DNA of 64,000 nt from Eledone cirrhosa (taxonomy: Eukaryota): NCBI GenBank assembly GCA_964016885.1, contig CAXHJY010001670.1:1-64000 (forward strand), written 5' to 3'. Within the stretch, counting starts at the first letter, position 1, and every line of letters starts with the position of its first letter. Of this stretch, positions 30,340-45,780 are shown one piece after another. Below the pieces are notes generated by a model. That model searched no databases, had not been told where the DNA came from, and worked only from the letters and a program-made list of their open reading frames with translations. A program made the position numbers and the translations under genes.

Positions 30340-31085
30340 TTAGTAGTAGTAGTAGAGCATCAGACAGCTTGCTGTGTGGCATAGAATTCTGGCCCTTTAC
30401 ACTCTGAGTTCAAATCCCGTCGAAGTTAGCTTTGCTTACTACTCCTACTACTACCACTACTACTAGATAAAACATCGTTAATAGGGTAGTTTTAAGGGAC
30501 GGTGGATTAGTAGTAGTAGTAGTAGTAGCGGTAGAGCATCGGACAACCTGTTGTGCGGCAAAGAATTCTGGCCCTTTACTTTCTGAATTCATATCCCGTC
30601 AAAGTTAGCTTTGATTTTCATTCGTACGGCGTCGATAAAATAAGTACCAGTAATGCATTGGGTTCGATTTAATCGACTTTCCTTTCTTTCCAAATTGTTA
30701 GCCTTGTGCCTAAATTAGAAACCATTATTTTAGGCATAGAGTTACGGCCCTTTGCAATCTGAGTTTAAATCCCGTCGAGATTAGCTTTGCTTTTCATCCT
30801 TACGGCGTCGATAAAATAAAGTACCAGTAACGCACTGGCGTCGATTTAATTGACTTTCGTTTCCCTCCAAATTGCTGGTCTTGTGCTTAAATTAGAAATC
30901 GTTAGTTGGATAGTGTAGTGCATGCAAGTAAATATACGTGGCCTAGTGGTTAGTGTTAGACTTACGATTGTAATGTTGTGGGTCAACTCCTGGGTCGGTC
31001 GGGGGAGGAGTGTGTTCTGTTCCTGAGCCAAATTCTTCCTTTTCACATGTTCCAGTCAACTCAGCTGAAAATAAATACCAACTGT
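30340..31085 (+). mobile_element. Cluster of tRNA-derived SINEs
   Basis: Repeated GAGTTCAAATCCCGTC..TTAGCTTTG..GTCGATAAAATAAAGTACCAG; second SINE type at 30935-31085. Confidence 0.8.
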
Positions 31086-31288
31086 ATATGGGGGGGATGG
31101 GGGGAACGATTCAATGGCATCTAACATCATTTAATACGTTAGCCTCGAAACCCATATTCAATCATCCATTATAGACACAATGCTCGGACCATGTACCTTA
31201 CGTCATCTTTTCTCCTGTTCGTCTTCTAGTATTTACTTGTGAAGATGTTTTCTTTAATGACTCAGTGTTAGGCGATTATACCCTAGAG

Positions 31289-33441
31289 CGGGTTTTCCCA
31301 GGATGGTCGATATCGCCCACCGTTCGGCGATTTCAACTGTTGGGTGGGCGATGAGCAACTGAACAGAAAATGGTGGGTGATTGGAAATCGTGGTGGCTGA
31401 TATAAGATTTTGAGTATTAAGAAAGTATTTTAATATGTGCTACCCGAAAAAAATATTCAGAGATATGCAAAGAACTTATGAAAAAAGACCCCCAAAACAG
31501 GAGTCTAAACGGGAACAACTGGGTCACATTCCTAGATAACATATATACAACCCCCACAAACATTTTGGTATTTTCTATAATTTTGAGAAGGGTCATTAAC
31601 ATTCAAATAGTTCTTCGGACAAAATAACATATTTTGAGAGGAGGGGCGGGATATAAATCAGATAAAGGACGACCAAGAATAACTTCGCTAGTGCCAGTAA
31701 AATTAAGAAGTGACCCCCAGGGTAAACTCACCAGTGTCTCCCACATCGAGGGATCACATATACATTTGACACAAGCGATGACCTTTCAGAACTCTGATGG
31801 CATGCCGTAGACAAGGAGGCGCAGACGACAAGGCCAGATAAAATATGAGAATCCCAAGATAGGATCCGTTCAATGCGCATGCTCATATAAACAGCCAGTC
31901 ATTTTAAGTTGTAGCATTTTGTTCTCGTATTTGTGGATTATTGAAAACAGACTTCGAGTAACAATACAATTTGTTGAACGAAAATTTTGTTATCTATTGT
32001 TCCTATTATCTTTTAGTGTATTGCACGATTTTTAAACACACCAATGTCACCATTTAAGAAATATTGACGTCAATACAACATTGATTATTTATCACTTCTT
32101 CTTACCCATGTGCAACGAAGCCATGAAATCCATTTATATTCCAAGCTTGCTAACCACAAAGAAAAGCTATTGTCATATTTCTTACAACTTAAGACCTCAT
32201 TCGAAAAGGGAAAAACGTTGATCTCCGAATTTCAGAAAGTAACTACGCAGCAGGATAATGGATTGATTGCGTCGTACAACATTTCATTACTGTCGCAAAG
32301 GCCGGTAAGTTCCACACTATAGGAGAAACATTATTTCGACCTGTTATTAAAGAAGTTCTCTTGGCTGTACTGCATAAAAAGCCTGACACAATTATCAAGA
32401 CAATTCCACTTAGTAACAACACAATTTCTCGACGTATAAAGGAAATAACCATCGGCGTCGAACATCAACTCATCCATAAATCTCTGGAGTTTTGAATTTT
32501 CCATACAAGCCGATGAATCAACAGTTGTGGGATGTCAATGCTTGATGATGGTATATGTTCGTTTTTTTTTGTTTAGTTTTTTTAAAGAAAATATTCAATC
32601 TTGTGCGATATGATTCACGGATCAATTGTTGCTTGACTCAACGTCTATTTTAGATTTATTGAAGCTATTTTTATTGAGCAAAACATCCCATTAAACAATA
32701 TTGTTGCCTGTGTATTTGATGGAGCGCTTGTTATGGTAGGTAGATACAGAGGTTTCTCGTCTCTCTTAAAACTTGAACTTTCACATCCTGTTTTGACAAT
32801 TCACTGTGTGATTCACCAACAGCATTTAGTGGCAATAAATACCATTTAGTGGCAATAAATACCAACGGCAGGCTTAGTGATGTACTGCACTAAGTTATTA
32901 AAACCATGAGCAAGCTAAAATCGAATCCTTTATCTAAACGAATTTTCCGTCAACTCTGTCTTGATAATGACGACTATGTGAGGGTTTTGTACCATACTGA
33001 AGTACAATGAACTGTTTTATACAATAATATTTCTTTTCAAAACACTCTCCTATCCACTTCTCTGATTGTTCCAAAATGTGATAATTTTTTCTTAGTGACA
33101 TATTCGCTAACCCTAACCATAAAACTAACCTTGACCATGAAACTAAATTATATCTTTTACAATTAAATTTAATAAAAATACAGCTTTGAATGGTCAAGTT
33201 TGCTTTCATTTGTTTTTAAAACGGTATTAACAGCAGCAACCACATAAGTCAGCCTTATTTGTTACCTACCTTTGGTATTTTTTTTTTTTTTTTTTACATC
33301 ATAAAAATTCAGTTTACGAACGAGTAACAAACCTTTACCAAACATTTTTGGTATGCTTTTGAATATTTACTATACAGGTTGGCAGTGGAAAATGTTTGCA
33401 TATGAAAGTGGGCGCTGGCGCAAAAACGGTTGTTACCTCTG
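31289..33441 (+). mobile_element. Decayed Buster/SCAND3-like hAT DNA transposon
   Basis: 8-bp TSD CCCTAGAG (31281-88) / CCTTAGAG (33442-49) of nnnTAnnn type; frameshifted transposase motifs IPLSNNTISRRI, FSIQADEST, DGALVMVG, HCVIHQQHL at about 32100-33010. Confidence 0.8.
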
Positions 33442-33899
33442 CCTTAGAGTAATTGAGGACAACTATTATATAGTGTATTAGAAATATTATTTAAATTCTT
33501 AACCCTTGGGAAACCAAACGCGAAGTATAATGTGATTGAATGAATACCATCTAAAGTGAATAATTATTTATATGGTGTTTAGCTTATCGGCTTTATACAA
33601 TATCCACTTATACACTCGATTGCTTCAAAGACTTACGTTCTGTACTAAATAGCCAAGTTAAAGAATCATCACGGAACTAGTGGAATAATAGAATATATAT
33701 AGAATTAATGAACTTCATAGAAAAGATCGAATTTATTCATAGTGGTCTGTATAGTAATAATCGATTTTCTTTTCGTACGTTTTCTCTAAGCAATGCAAAA
33801 TATTACTGAAGGATTATTGAAAATAATTAACTAGTCATTTTTTTTATTTTTGCGCAGTTATTTTATTCTATATATGATAATCTGTCTATTATAATATGT

Positions 33900-36348
33900 A
33901 TGTATGGCCCCGTAACCCCTGATAGTCGTAGGGGCGCCGTATTGACATACAGCGTTTCTTTGGCATTTTAAGCCTGGCGGAGCCCATCCCTTTCCAGGCC
34001 TGAGTACAGCAAATTTCTTTCAGAAAAAGATAGAAAGTGTGTGTGTGTGAAGAAGAATCGACCCCAGTACTGGACTGGTACTTTTTTTTATCGACCTCGA
34101 AAGGATGAAAGGTAAAGTTGACCTCGGCGGGATTTGAACTCAGAGAGCAGATAATCGGAACGAATTCCATAAAGCATTCTATCAGACGTTCCAACGACTC
34201 TGGTAATTCACCGCCTACATGTTATAATATATCATTATACTAAAGGAAACTGAAGGTGGGGGATTGGTGGATTGGTAGAGCATCGATCAACATGCTTTGT
34301 GGCACATTGTTACGTCTCTTTATGTTCTGAGTTCAAATCCCACCGAGGTTAACTTTGCCTTTCATCCTTACGGAGTCGCCAAAATAAAGTACCAGTAATG
34401 TACTGGAGTCGATTTTATCGACATTTTCCTCATCATATTGCAGTTTCAGTTTCAGTGGTCTTATTCGCACTGTTCTTATCCCCTACCCCGAAAATGTTGG
34501 CCTCGTGATTAAACAAGAAATCATTATACTACTGGAAACTGAGGGCGATGGCTTGGTAGACTGTCGGCATTTAGCTACGTTCCTTTATGCTCTGAGTTCA
34601 AATTAGCTTTGCCTTTCATCATTACGAGATCGATAAAATAAAATACCAGTAACGCACTGGGGTCGATTTAATTGACTTCCACCCACGCCACAAAAAAATG
34701 TAAGCCTTATACCTAAATCAGAAACCATTATACAAACGGAAACTTAAAAAAAAAAATAAAGTAAACTAACATAACCGCATAGGAATATGCTGAAATAGAG
34801 CATGGGTTCAGGGTTGATCTCTCTGTGGAATGCAACAACAGCAACATAAGGCTGTGAAGTCAGGCAATAGAAATATAGAAATATCTTATCTTTATAACCC
34901 CTAAAACAATGTATAAACGGGACAAATGCAAGACGGATACAGATAATTAATACAAACGACCAAATTGTCTCATTTAAAGTTATAAAAAACCATTAATTAT
35001 ATATACAAACATTGCTAGTGCTCCGATGATACCAAACGAAAGTTTGGAAGGAACGATTGTCAGCAATAAAATGATTTGAAGATAGCTTTGAATGTTGTGT
35101 AATTTATATAAATAAAACCCAGACATATGGACGACACAGTCTAAATGGATAGCCATAAGAAATACGTATCTATTTGTCGGTAACTACTGGTGAAGTCATA
35201 GGGGTGCCGCCGTCACATGTGGCGTTCCTTGAGCTTATTAAACATAGCGGAGCCTATCCTCTATCCAGGTTTGAACACAGACCATTTCTTCCAGAGACAG
35301 ACAGACAGACAGAGAGAGAGAGAATTGATCCCTGGTATTGGACTGGTACGTTCTTTTTATATCGACCTCGAAAAAATGAAAGGCAAAGTTAGCATCTGCG
35401 GGATTTGAACTGAGAGATCTGAGAGCCGGGACGACCACCTCAAAGTATTCTATCCAACGTTCTAACGACATTTCACCGCCTATCATAAAGAGATATAAAA
35501 AAAAACAACACGATGTAAAACAACAGGTATTTTACGTTCTGAGTTCAAATCTCGCCAAGGTTAGCTTTGCCTTTCATGCTTACGGGGTCGATAAAATAAA
35601 GTACCAGTAACGCACTGAATCCCCTTAAATTGTTGGCCTTGTGACTAAATCAGAAACCATTACTAGATTGATCTCGCTACATGACCAATCTAAACTCGCT
35701 AAATCTACCTTAGCAATAAGTCCTACCTATGAATAAGTCTCTTCACTTCTAATTCTTAATAAAATATCATTACTCTCTCCCCACTATTAATGGTGGAGAT
35801 TTCTCCGAATTATTTTAAAATGTTCTCAGTGGGTTTCCTGTATCTTGCTTCGTGTTTATATTATCTCCGTCGTTCTCATAACCTGGGTCCGATACTTCCT
35901 CTATCTATATCCCTTTCTCGCTTTCTCTCTCTCTCTCTCAGAATCGGTAGAACGTCAGACAACATGCTTTACAGCATAGAGTTATGGCCCTTTACTTTCT
36001 GAGTTCAAATCCCGCCAAGGTTAACTTTGTCTTTCATCCTTACGGTGTCGAGTACCAGTAATGCACTAGGGTAATTGCTGGCCTTGTGCCAATTATTTAT
36101 ATGTGCCAATTATTTATATGTGCCAAAAGTCCGGGCAAGGTTGTTTGTGGGAGACCAGCAGTCGCCCATGCATACCAGCCTCCTCTCTCCACGCCACCGA
36201 TGTTCTCCAAAGGGAAGGCTATGGCCGATACAGCTTGGCACCAGTGACGTCGCAACTCATTTCTACAGCTGAGTGATCTGGAGCAACGTGAAATAAAGTG
36301 TCTTGTTCAAGAACACAAAGCCTGGTCCGAGAATAGAACTATCTCTCT

Positions 36349-36384
<36 letters not shown>

Positions 36385-36520
36385 ATAATAAGAAATTTGA
36401 AGACAAAATCCAAAGAGGGCTCGATAAGGATAAATATATATAAAATATATAAGAACCGTAGAGCAAATAGTTAAAGGTGAAAGCAGCGATTCTTTGCTTA
36501 AACTTTAATCTGTTATTTTA

Positions 36521-36562
<42 letters not shown>

Positions 36563-36835
36563 ACTTATAATTATTGACGCACGTGTGAAAAAGTACTCAA
36601 AACTGAAGGAGAGTTTCAATATTCATTTAATAAGTGGTGAGCCTTGTTACACTGGGGGGAATAGCAGAGTTGATTTTATCAATCCCAATACTTCACGGGT
36701 ACTTTATTTTTGTCGAATCCGGAAAAATAAAAGGTATTGTTGACCGCAGTGGGATTTGAACTGAGAATGTAAAGAACCAGAATAAAATACTGCAATGGTA
36801 TTATATTTTACCAGTTTTGCCAATCCACCACCCAC
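33900..36835. mobile_element. Dense array of tRNA-derived SINE copies on both strands
   Basis: Same SINE core at about 34060-34220(-), 34255-34530, 34545-34730, 35330-35485(-), 35530-35660, 35940-36090 and 36650-36835(-). Confidence 0.75.
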
Positions 36836-37312
36836 GTTTTGATAGTAAATATTGATTATGCGAGTGTGCGGATATTGTAATGGTTCGATGACCTACAGCT
36901 GTTGGAAAATGTTAGTAAATTGTATCTATTACATTTTATGCAATTCTCTGGAAGTATGACACCTAGAGGGAAATGTCTAATAAACTAATCAACAATAAAC
37001 TACATCATCTGGCCTATCGTATTGAAGACATAATAGTATTGTTTAGTCTAATGAGAATAGAGCTATTATTTACAGCTGATGGGGGAAGTTAAAGAGTGCA
37101 GTATTAGTAGCTGATGGGCTGATGTTTCATATGAGAGTCGACTGTAGCGTTCATAGGCTGACTATGAAAGAGTGATGCTAGAGCTGTGAAATCTTGCCTG
37201 TATTTATTTCAACTCTTCTTATTAATAACTGTGTTGTTCCTTTCCTGGGACTATGTTGAAAAGTAAATAAACCTCATTTGGTCATTCGATGAGAGTATCT
37301 TGGTTTGGTCAG

Positions 37313-37364
<52 letters not shown>

Positions 37365-37576
37365 CATTATCGGAGAAAACTTTTAGCGATACTCCGGCCA
37401 ACAAACATTAGGAAATAAGTGAGTATATTCCTAATTAAACGTTCGGGGTGCTAACTAATTGTAATTTTATTGTGTAGAAAATTTGGCTGTATTATTTCAT
37501 ATGAGACATATCGAATATATATATATATATATACACACGAGGATTGGCTTATACCTAATATATATATGAAGGTTGG

Positions 37577-37620
<44 letters not shown>

Positions 37621-38038
37621 GGTTTTAAAAATGCCACAAGAAACGCTTAATGTCAATACGCCACGACCCCCACCATACGAATTCATCAGATGTTACGGGT
37701 CCACGTCGATGCCATACCAATCTGTTTTGTGTTGAGGATTTGGTTTCTGTTTCTAGCACAATGAGTTACCATACAGAATCTTCCTATAGAATCTTCCTAT
37801 ACGCATGTATCTATGCCGTGAGCTTAACAAGATGATGTTTTCAAACAAAAAACACACACCCTAACCGAATTCTTCAAATTCACTCCATTAGCAGTTGGGT
37901 TAAACTATTCAAAACTTTCTAAGTGTTTTCCTGTTTTAGGCTGAAGATATTACAATTGCCTAAATGCTATTTAATACATAATCTTAATTCTTGGAAACTA
38001 ACTTGTTCGTTCTTTTGTTAAACTATCATACACGCACG

Positions 38039-38152
<114 letters not shown>

Positions 38153-38199
38153 AATTACATACGTACGTACGTACGTACATACATACTGCGTAGGTACAT

Positions 38200-38232
<33 letters not shown>

Positions 38233-38676
38233 AAAACGTACATATAAATACGTACGTACGTATGTACATACATACTACGTAGGTACATATACACACACCA
38301 CACACATATGTATATATATATAAATACGTACGTACGTACGTAGGTACATATACACACACATTTATATATATAAATACGTACGTACGTACATACATACATA
38401 CGTAGGTACATATACACATATATATATATATAAATGCGTACGTACGTACATACATACAACCTAGGTACATACACACACACCCATATATATAAGTACGTAA
38501 GTACATACATACGTAGGTACATATATATACACATATATCTATATATATATATAAATACGCACGTACGTACATACGTACATACATACATACGTATGTACAT
38601 GAGTGCATAGATACATACAGATATACATACATGCATCCAAGCATACATACATACATAGAAACAAACAGATTCATAC

Positions 38677-38708
<32 letters not shown>

Positions 38709-39374
38709 TTACATACATATATACATACATGCATCCATGCATACATATATACATACATACATACATAGAAACAGATTCATACATATATATATATACATAC
38801 ATATTTACATACATATATACATACATGCATCCATGCATACATATATACATACATTCATACATATATATATACATACATATTTACATACATATATACATAC
38901 ATGCATCCATGCATACATATATACATACATACATACATACATACATACATAGAAACAGATTCATACATATATATATACATACATATTTACATACATACAT
39001 ATTTACATAAACACTCATACATACATACATGATGGCTGCCCCCTCGTTATCGAGTATGGCCATTGCATGAGAAGAAAAAAAAAAAAAAAATAAATAAATA
39101 AAAAAAATAAATAAAATAAAATAATAATAATAATAATAATAAAGTTTCCAGGGATGGTTAAAGAAAATCGGCCCCTTCACGCTTTTTGGAACGCTTCAAA
39201 AGGCATGCTTGCTGGGAACAGCAAGAACCCTCCGATACGTCCTGAATATCTGAGGCTGCAGGTAGTGGCTTGATATTCATTCCAACGGACTTTCCAGTTA
39301 ACCAACATCAATGACTGAGATTCAAGGAATAACAACAATAATAATAAAATAATAATAATAATAATAATAATAAT

Positions 39375-39560
39375 TGTTTCTACTTTTAGGCACAAGGCCA
39401 GCAATTACCCAGTGCATTACTGGTACTTTATTTTATCGACCCCGTAAGGATGAAAGGCAAAGTGAACCTCGGCGGGATTTGAACTCAGATCGTAAAGGGA
39501 CGTAACTATGCTGTAAAGCATGGCGTCCGACCCTCTACCGATACTGCCAATCTACCGCCC
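39375..39560 (-). mobile_element. tRNA-derived SINE, near full length
   Basis: B box GAGTTCAAATCCC on minus strand; homologous to 52905-53075 and 63700-63905. Confidence 0.8.
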
Positions 39561-39594
<34 letters not shown>

Positions 39595-39847
39595 GTACTT
39601 ACGTACATACATACATATTTATATAAATACACAAACATACACACATACATAGACACATATACACACATACGTAGACACACGTTTCCATACGATATTTCAG
39701 TGTTAACTACCTACAACAGACATTGCAAATATCAGCATCCTGCATTGGTTATACGATATCTTCCATGGAAGCTGTGGTTGTATGGAAACACATCTTTATA
39801 TATACGTTGGTTATATTTGTTTTTCTAATACTCCTCCTCACCCCCCT

Positions 39848-39906
<59 letters not shown>

Positions 39907-40102
39907 ATATATATATATACGTATGTGTTTATGTATGTATATACAGAATCATATAAATAATATATATATATATATATATATATGTGTATATATATGTATA
40001 TATATATATATATATGTATTAGGGTAAATATTGATGCAATTCAATTCAAGCACTCAACGTACTTTTTCCACATCTGAAACTACTTCGCTTTTTTCTTATT
40101 CG

Positions 40103-40164
<62 letters not shown>

Positions 40165-40342
40165 CATATATATATATAATACATATATATAATACATATG
40201 TACATATATATATACATATATGTATATATATTTATATTTATAATACATATATATGTATATATATATATATATATTTATAATACATATATATGTATATGTA
40301 TATATATATATACAAGCAAATTATAAACGTAAACATGTAAAA

Positions 40343-40391
<49 letters not shown>

Positions 40392-40395
40392 ATAC

Positions 40396-40458
<63 letters not shown>

Positions 40459-40683
40459 ATACATATATATGTATATATGTATACTAACATATAACCTAAT
40501 GTTTGTTGAGTGAGATGGTTGCCAGTCGGAGTTTAGCGTTAAGCTATCTCTGTTATTGTATTAAATATTATATATATGTATATATATATATATAGTTATA
40601 ATACATATATATGTATATATATATATATATTTATAATACATATATATGTATATATATATATATATATATATTTATAATACATA

Positions 40684-40731
<48 letters not shown>

Positions 40732-40738
40732 ATACATA

Positions 40739-40778
<40 letters not shown>

Positions 40779-40921
40779 ATACATATATATGTATATATAT
40801 ATATATTTATAATACATATATATATCTAAGGCGGGTAAAATTCCCGAGATCCATGGACGAGTTCTCTCCAGCGGTCTCTGTCCCTCATTATCGCTGCCAT
40901 GTCCTGCGTCTTCAAGGACAG

Positions 40922-40986
<65 letters not shown>

Positions 40987-41062
40987 ATACATATATATAT
41001 ATATATTTATAATACATATATATATATAATATATATATATGTATATATATGTATATATATAT

Positions 41063-41156
41063 GTAGAATTCACATGAATCAAAGTTCTGGTCAAACCATT
41101 TATTAGCTTACAATTGTTTCATCCAAACCGAGGTTTGGAGTCTTCGGAGCAATTTT
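41063..41156 (-). ncRNA. Hammerhead with C4 core variant (family G)
   Basis: Minus strand reads TTGCT CCGAAGA C TCCAAACC tc GGTTTGGA T GAAA CAATTG TA AGCT; second copy at 48973-49021. Confidence 0.6.
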
Positions 41157-41640
41157 TCAATGTTTGTTTACATACATGACCTCCTTTCCAACACAAGAGA
41201 CATACAGATACATATGTATATATTGATGCACAGTGGGGCGACATCCATTATATTATTTTTGCATGGCAATTTAAATTCAAAAATTAAAATCATATTAAAA
41301 CAGAATCAAAGCAAAATTAAAATTAAAACTAAAGTACAACATCGGCAGTTTACGAAGATAATGCAATAGGATAGTTTGTTAGTCAGTTGTAGTAGTTATT
41401 GCATACAATAGTTACACGTGGGGCATGCACGTGTGTCTTATTTATATATGATTACTGTGCGGCAAGGTGTTATATGCAATACAAGCACTTTAAGCGGGTA
41501 ATCAAGAGTATTATGGAGGTTGTAGTGGTAAAGTATTTTTTGTGTATGATAAAGAAGCTTGTGTGCAGAGAAATATTAGAAATGAGAAGCAAAATAATGA
41601 TATGGTTTTTGTATACACCACCATTTTCACAATTCAGGAA

Positions 41641-41718
41641 ACGTAATATATAGTTTATATGTCCTTCACATAATTAACGATGTTAATTATGTGAAGGACA
41701 TATAAACTATATATAACG
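41641..41718. repeat. Short near-perfect palindrome
   Basis: ATATATAGTTTATATGTCCTTCACATAATTAAC gat GTTAATTATGTGAAGGACATATAAACTATATAT. Confidence 0.8.
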
Positions 41719-41729
41719 ATGTTATATAT

Positions 41730-43215
41730 ACATAGTGCTGGGCCCATGGTACCATGTGACGACAAGTGCAGAGAGATCTCCAGATATAAAGCAATGCCTG
41801 TGCCGTGAAGCTTTTATAGTGAGCAAAGGCACTGCACATACATACATACATACATACATACATACGTACATACATACATACATACATACATACATACATA
41901 CATACATACATAGATGGTGGCTGCCAACTCGTTTTCGAGTACGGCCACTACTTTATATCCATGTAGGAGAACCCCTACCGATGCGCTGAACGAGTGTGAC
42001 TTTTTAGTCCAGCCAGCGACTTGAAAACTCTGGTACAAACACTACACTTGTGACAATTACTGACACATAGTGCTGGGCCCATGGTACCATGTGACGACAA
42101 GGCCATTGACTCTTAAGAGCTCCGTTGCCCTTTGACAGGTTTTATTTTTAGTCCTGCAGGATATCCAAAGTCACCCTCTTCACCAAGAAACCTCGGTGGG
42201 GTTGCCAGTTTAGTCGCCAACGACCCGACCATGAGACATACATACATACATACATACATACATACATACATACATACATACATACATACATACATACATA
42301 CATACATACATACATACATACACACGTGATGGCTGCAAACTCTGCTAAGAGTATTGCAATCGTTTGTCAGATTCAGATGTGTGACGCTTGGATATGGGTT
42401 TTCAAGCCTGCTAGAGACTTGCACTCCCTCACACACTGACAACAACTATGGATCTCCCTGGCCCCAGGTCTTGCATCAGGTTGCCTGTGAACCTTCACAA
42501 TACCGTGGAGATCATAGTTCACTGGTTCTCTTTGAACATGGCTGCAACTGTGGCTCCTGAGACCAGATTTGCTCAGGCAAATACATACATACATACATAC
42601 ATACATACATACATACATACATACATACATACATACATACATGGTGGCTGCCAACTCGTTTTCGAGTACGGCCACTACTTTATATCCATGTAGGAGAACA
42701 CCTACCGATGCGCTGAACGAGTGTGACTTTTTATTCCAGCCAGCGACTTGAAAACTCTGGTACAAACACTACACTTGTGACAATTATTGACACATAGTGC
42801 TGGGCCCATGGTACCATGTGACGACAAGTGCAGAGAGATCTCCAGATAAAAGCAATGCCTGTGCCGTGAAGCTTTTATAGTGAGCAAAGGCACTGCACAA
42901 AGCCAGTTCCACTCTCTTAACCAAGATGATATTTACCAAAAAGAAGAACAAGTCAACATCATTGGATACCATCAGGGTTATATCAGAGTTTTCCTTCTCC
43001 TAGAATTCTGCCTTGACAAAGGCTAAGGGGTCATCTCTCCCGGTGATTTTGGATGGCCATTGACTCTTAAGAGCTCCTTTGCCCTTTAACAGGTTTTGTT
43101 TTTGGTCCTGCAGGATGTCCAAAGTCACCCTCCTCACCAAGAAACCTTGGTGGGGTTTCCAGTTTAGTCGCCAACGACCCGACCATGAGACAGGTTGTAC
43201 TGGGATACATGTTAC
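41730..43215 (-). mobile_element. Nested RTE-like 3' fragments separated by (TACA)n
   Basis: Reverse-complement copies of the 26679 unit and of the 20400/20730 units. Confidence 0.7.
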
Positions 43216-43236
43216 GTACATACATACATACATACA

Positions 43237-43272
<36 letters not shown>

Positions 43273-43279
43273 CATACAC

Positions 43280-43810
43280 TGTATTTGGGAGCAAAGATTG
43301 GGAATACGGAAAATGATGTGGTTGAGAGGAAGAGCAAAGCCTGGGCGGCGTGCCACAGCTTGAGATCGGTGTGAAAGTCGGACCTTCGTAAAGACCTGAA
43401 AATCCGCCTCTTCATTGCTGTAGTAGAGTCTGTGGTGCTGTGCGGGTCTGAAACTTGGACACTGACCAAGAAATTCACTCAGATGGTGGATGGGTGCTAC
43501 AGGAGAATGCTGAGGATGGCTCTGAACATTAATCAGTATACACTGAGGTTGAAAAAGTCAGCTCAAAAGTGACACAGAGAAGATTGAGGTTAGCTGGACA
43601 TGTTCACCGACATCCAGAGTTGACACTACACTCAGTGCTCCTGTGGGAGCCCCTACATGGACACACTGGAAGAGGAAGACCAAGGTTAACGTATGTTGAT
43701 GCCCTAAGGACAGACACTGGTCTGTTGAAGACGCAGGACATGGCAGCGATAATGAGGGACAGAGACCGCTGGAGAGAACTCGTCAATGGATCTCGGAATT
43801 TTACCCGCCC
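43280..43810 (+). pseudogene. RTE-clade LINE ORF C-terminal fragment
   Basis: [36 protein letters not shown]; short inverted copy at 40831-40916. Confidence 0.8.
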
Positions 43811-43850
43811 TCGAATAAATACACTAAACACATATATATTTTTTTTCATT

Positions 43851-43963
<113 letters not shown>

Positions 43964-43994
43964 TAAATGGAAACTATATTTATAAAACCATATT

Positions 43995-44056
43995 TATTTT
44001 ATTATATATATTTCAAGGGTACCAACAATTTTGGTACACACTCATCAGATCAAATA
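43995..44056 (-). ncRNA. Hammerhead (family C relative, different stem II)
   Basis: Minus strand reads TATTTGAT CTGATGA GTGT GTACCAA aattg TTGGTAC CCTT GAAA TATATA TA ATAAAATA. Confidence 0.65.
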
Positions 44057-44371
44057 TACAAGTTGTTTTACAGATAGTGACATATTCCAAACAAGGACTT
44101 ATCGTAGTTTAAAACTGGTTTTATCCTGATATATGTGTGTGTGTATATATATATATAAACGGAAAAAAATGAAATGAAATTTCATTTCCCACTCTTAGTA
44201 CGGCTGTTACTTAAATATAAGTATGTATATTTAAATATAAGTATATGTTAAATATAAGTATGTGCACCCGGCCGATTAACCCACTCGATATGCAAATTGG
44301 GCTACTCAGCCGTTAATATGCATAAGGAAAGTATATACTTTCAGACGTTCAATCAAGTGGCAGGAAGGTAT

Positions 44372-44414
44372 ACGTTGCTGACGATAGCTAATAAGTTTGA
44401 AACTAGTATAGCGT
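44372..44414 (+). ncRNA. Compact type-I hammerhead (family H)
   Basis: ACGTTG CTGACGA T AGCT aata AGTT T GAAA CTAG TA TAGCGT. Confidence 0.65.
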
Positions 44415-44552
44415 TCCTTTGTCAGTGTTGAACAAATGAGCAACAATGGTTGCTAAACACTGTACGGCTTAATTCGGGATGTTTGTTTACAAACACACCG
44501 AGCATTATAATAAATGTTCGGTGAATCCATACGTACATATATATATGTGTGC

Positions 44553-44583
<31 letters not shown>

Positions 44584-44629
44584 CATGCTACTGTACGTCC
44601 GTATACATATATGTATGTACGTATACATA

Positions 44630-44765
<136 letters not shown>

Positions 44766-44790
44766 CATATATATATACATATATATATAA

Positions 44791-44897
<107 letters not shown>

Positions 44898-44910
44898 CAT
44901 ATATATATAC

Positions 44911-44969
<59 letters not shown>

Positions 44970-45083
44970 TACATATATCAGGATGAACCAGTTTTAAACT
45001 ATTTAGACCATTACTCTACAGAGTACTCGTTACTTGAGATAATAGTGTATGACTATAATAGAAAGAGTTGAGCCCCGACTCAT

Positions 45084-45181
<98 letters not shown>

Positions 45182-45596
45182 CAACGGGAACTGTGTGCGT
45201 TTCATCGTGCCGCCAGTTTTAGAGAACTAGGATTTAAGGTTCCTCTTTACCCTGCATCATAGTTTTCAGATAACCACTTTCATAAACAGGTTGCCTTTAT
45301 TACATCTTGCGGAGCCCACGTCTACCTCGCGCAGTCTTATTTATTTCGAATAATTGCCCTGAAGCCACATCGTAGCCTCGTTATAATCGTGCTGATCAAT
45401 CAACTGCCTACGTTTCGTTTGTCATCTTGTCATATCGTGTGTCAATGTATGTGTGTATGAAGATGTATACATTTTTATGTGTATACACATATATATACAT
45501 ATGTGTGTGTATCTGTGTGTATGTGTATGTATGTATGTATGTATGTATGTATGTATGTATGTATGTATGTATGTATGTATGTATGTCATCTCTCCC

Positions 45597-45747
45597 GTGT
45601 CAGTAATTGTCACAAGTGTAGTGTTTGTACCAGAGTTTTCAAGTCGCTGGCTGGACTAAAAAGTCACACTCGTTCAGCGCATCGGTAGGAGTCCTCCTAC
45701 ATGGATATAAAGTAGTGGCCGTACTCGAAAATGAGTTGGCAGCCACC

Positions 45748-45780
<33 letters not shown>

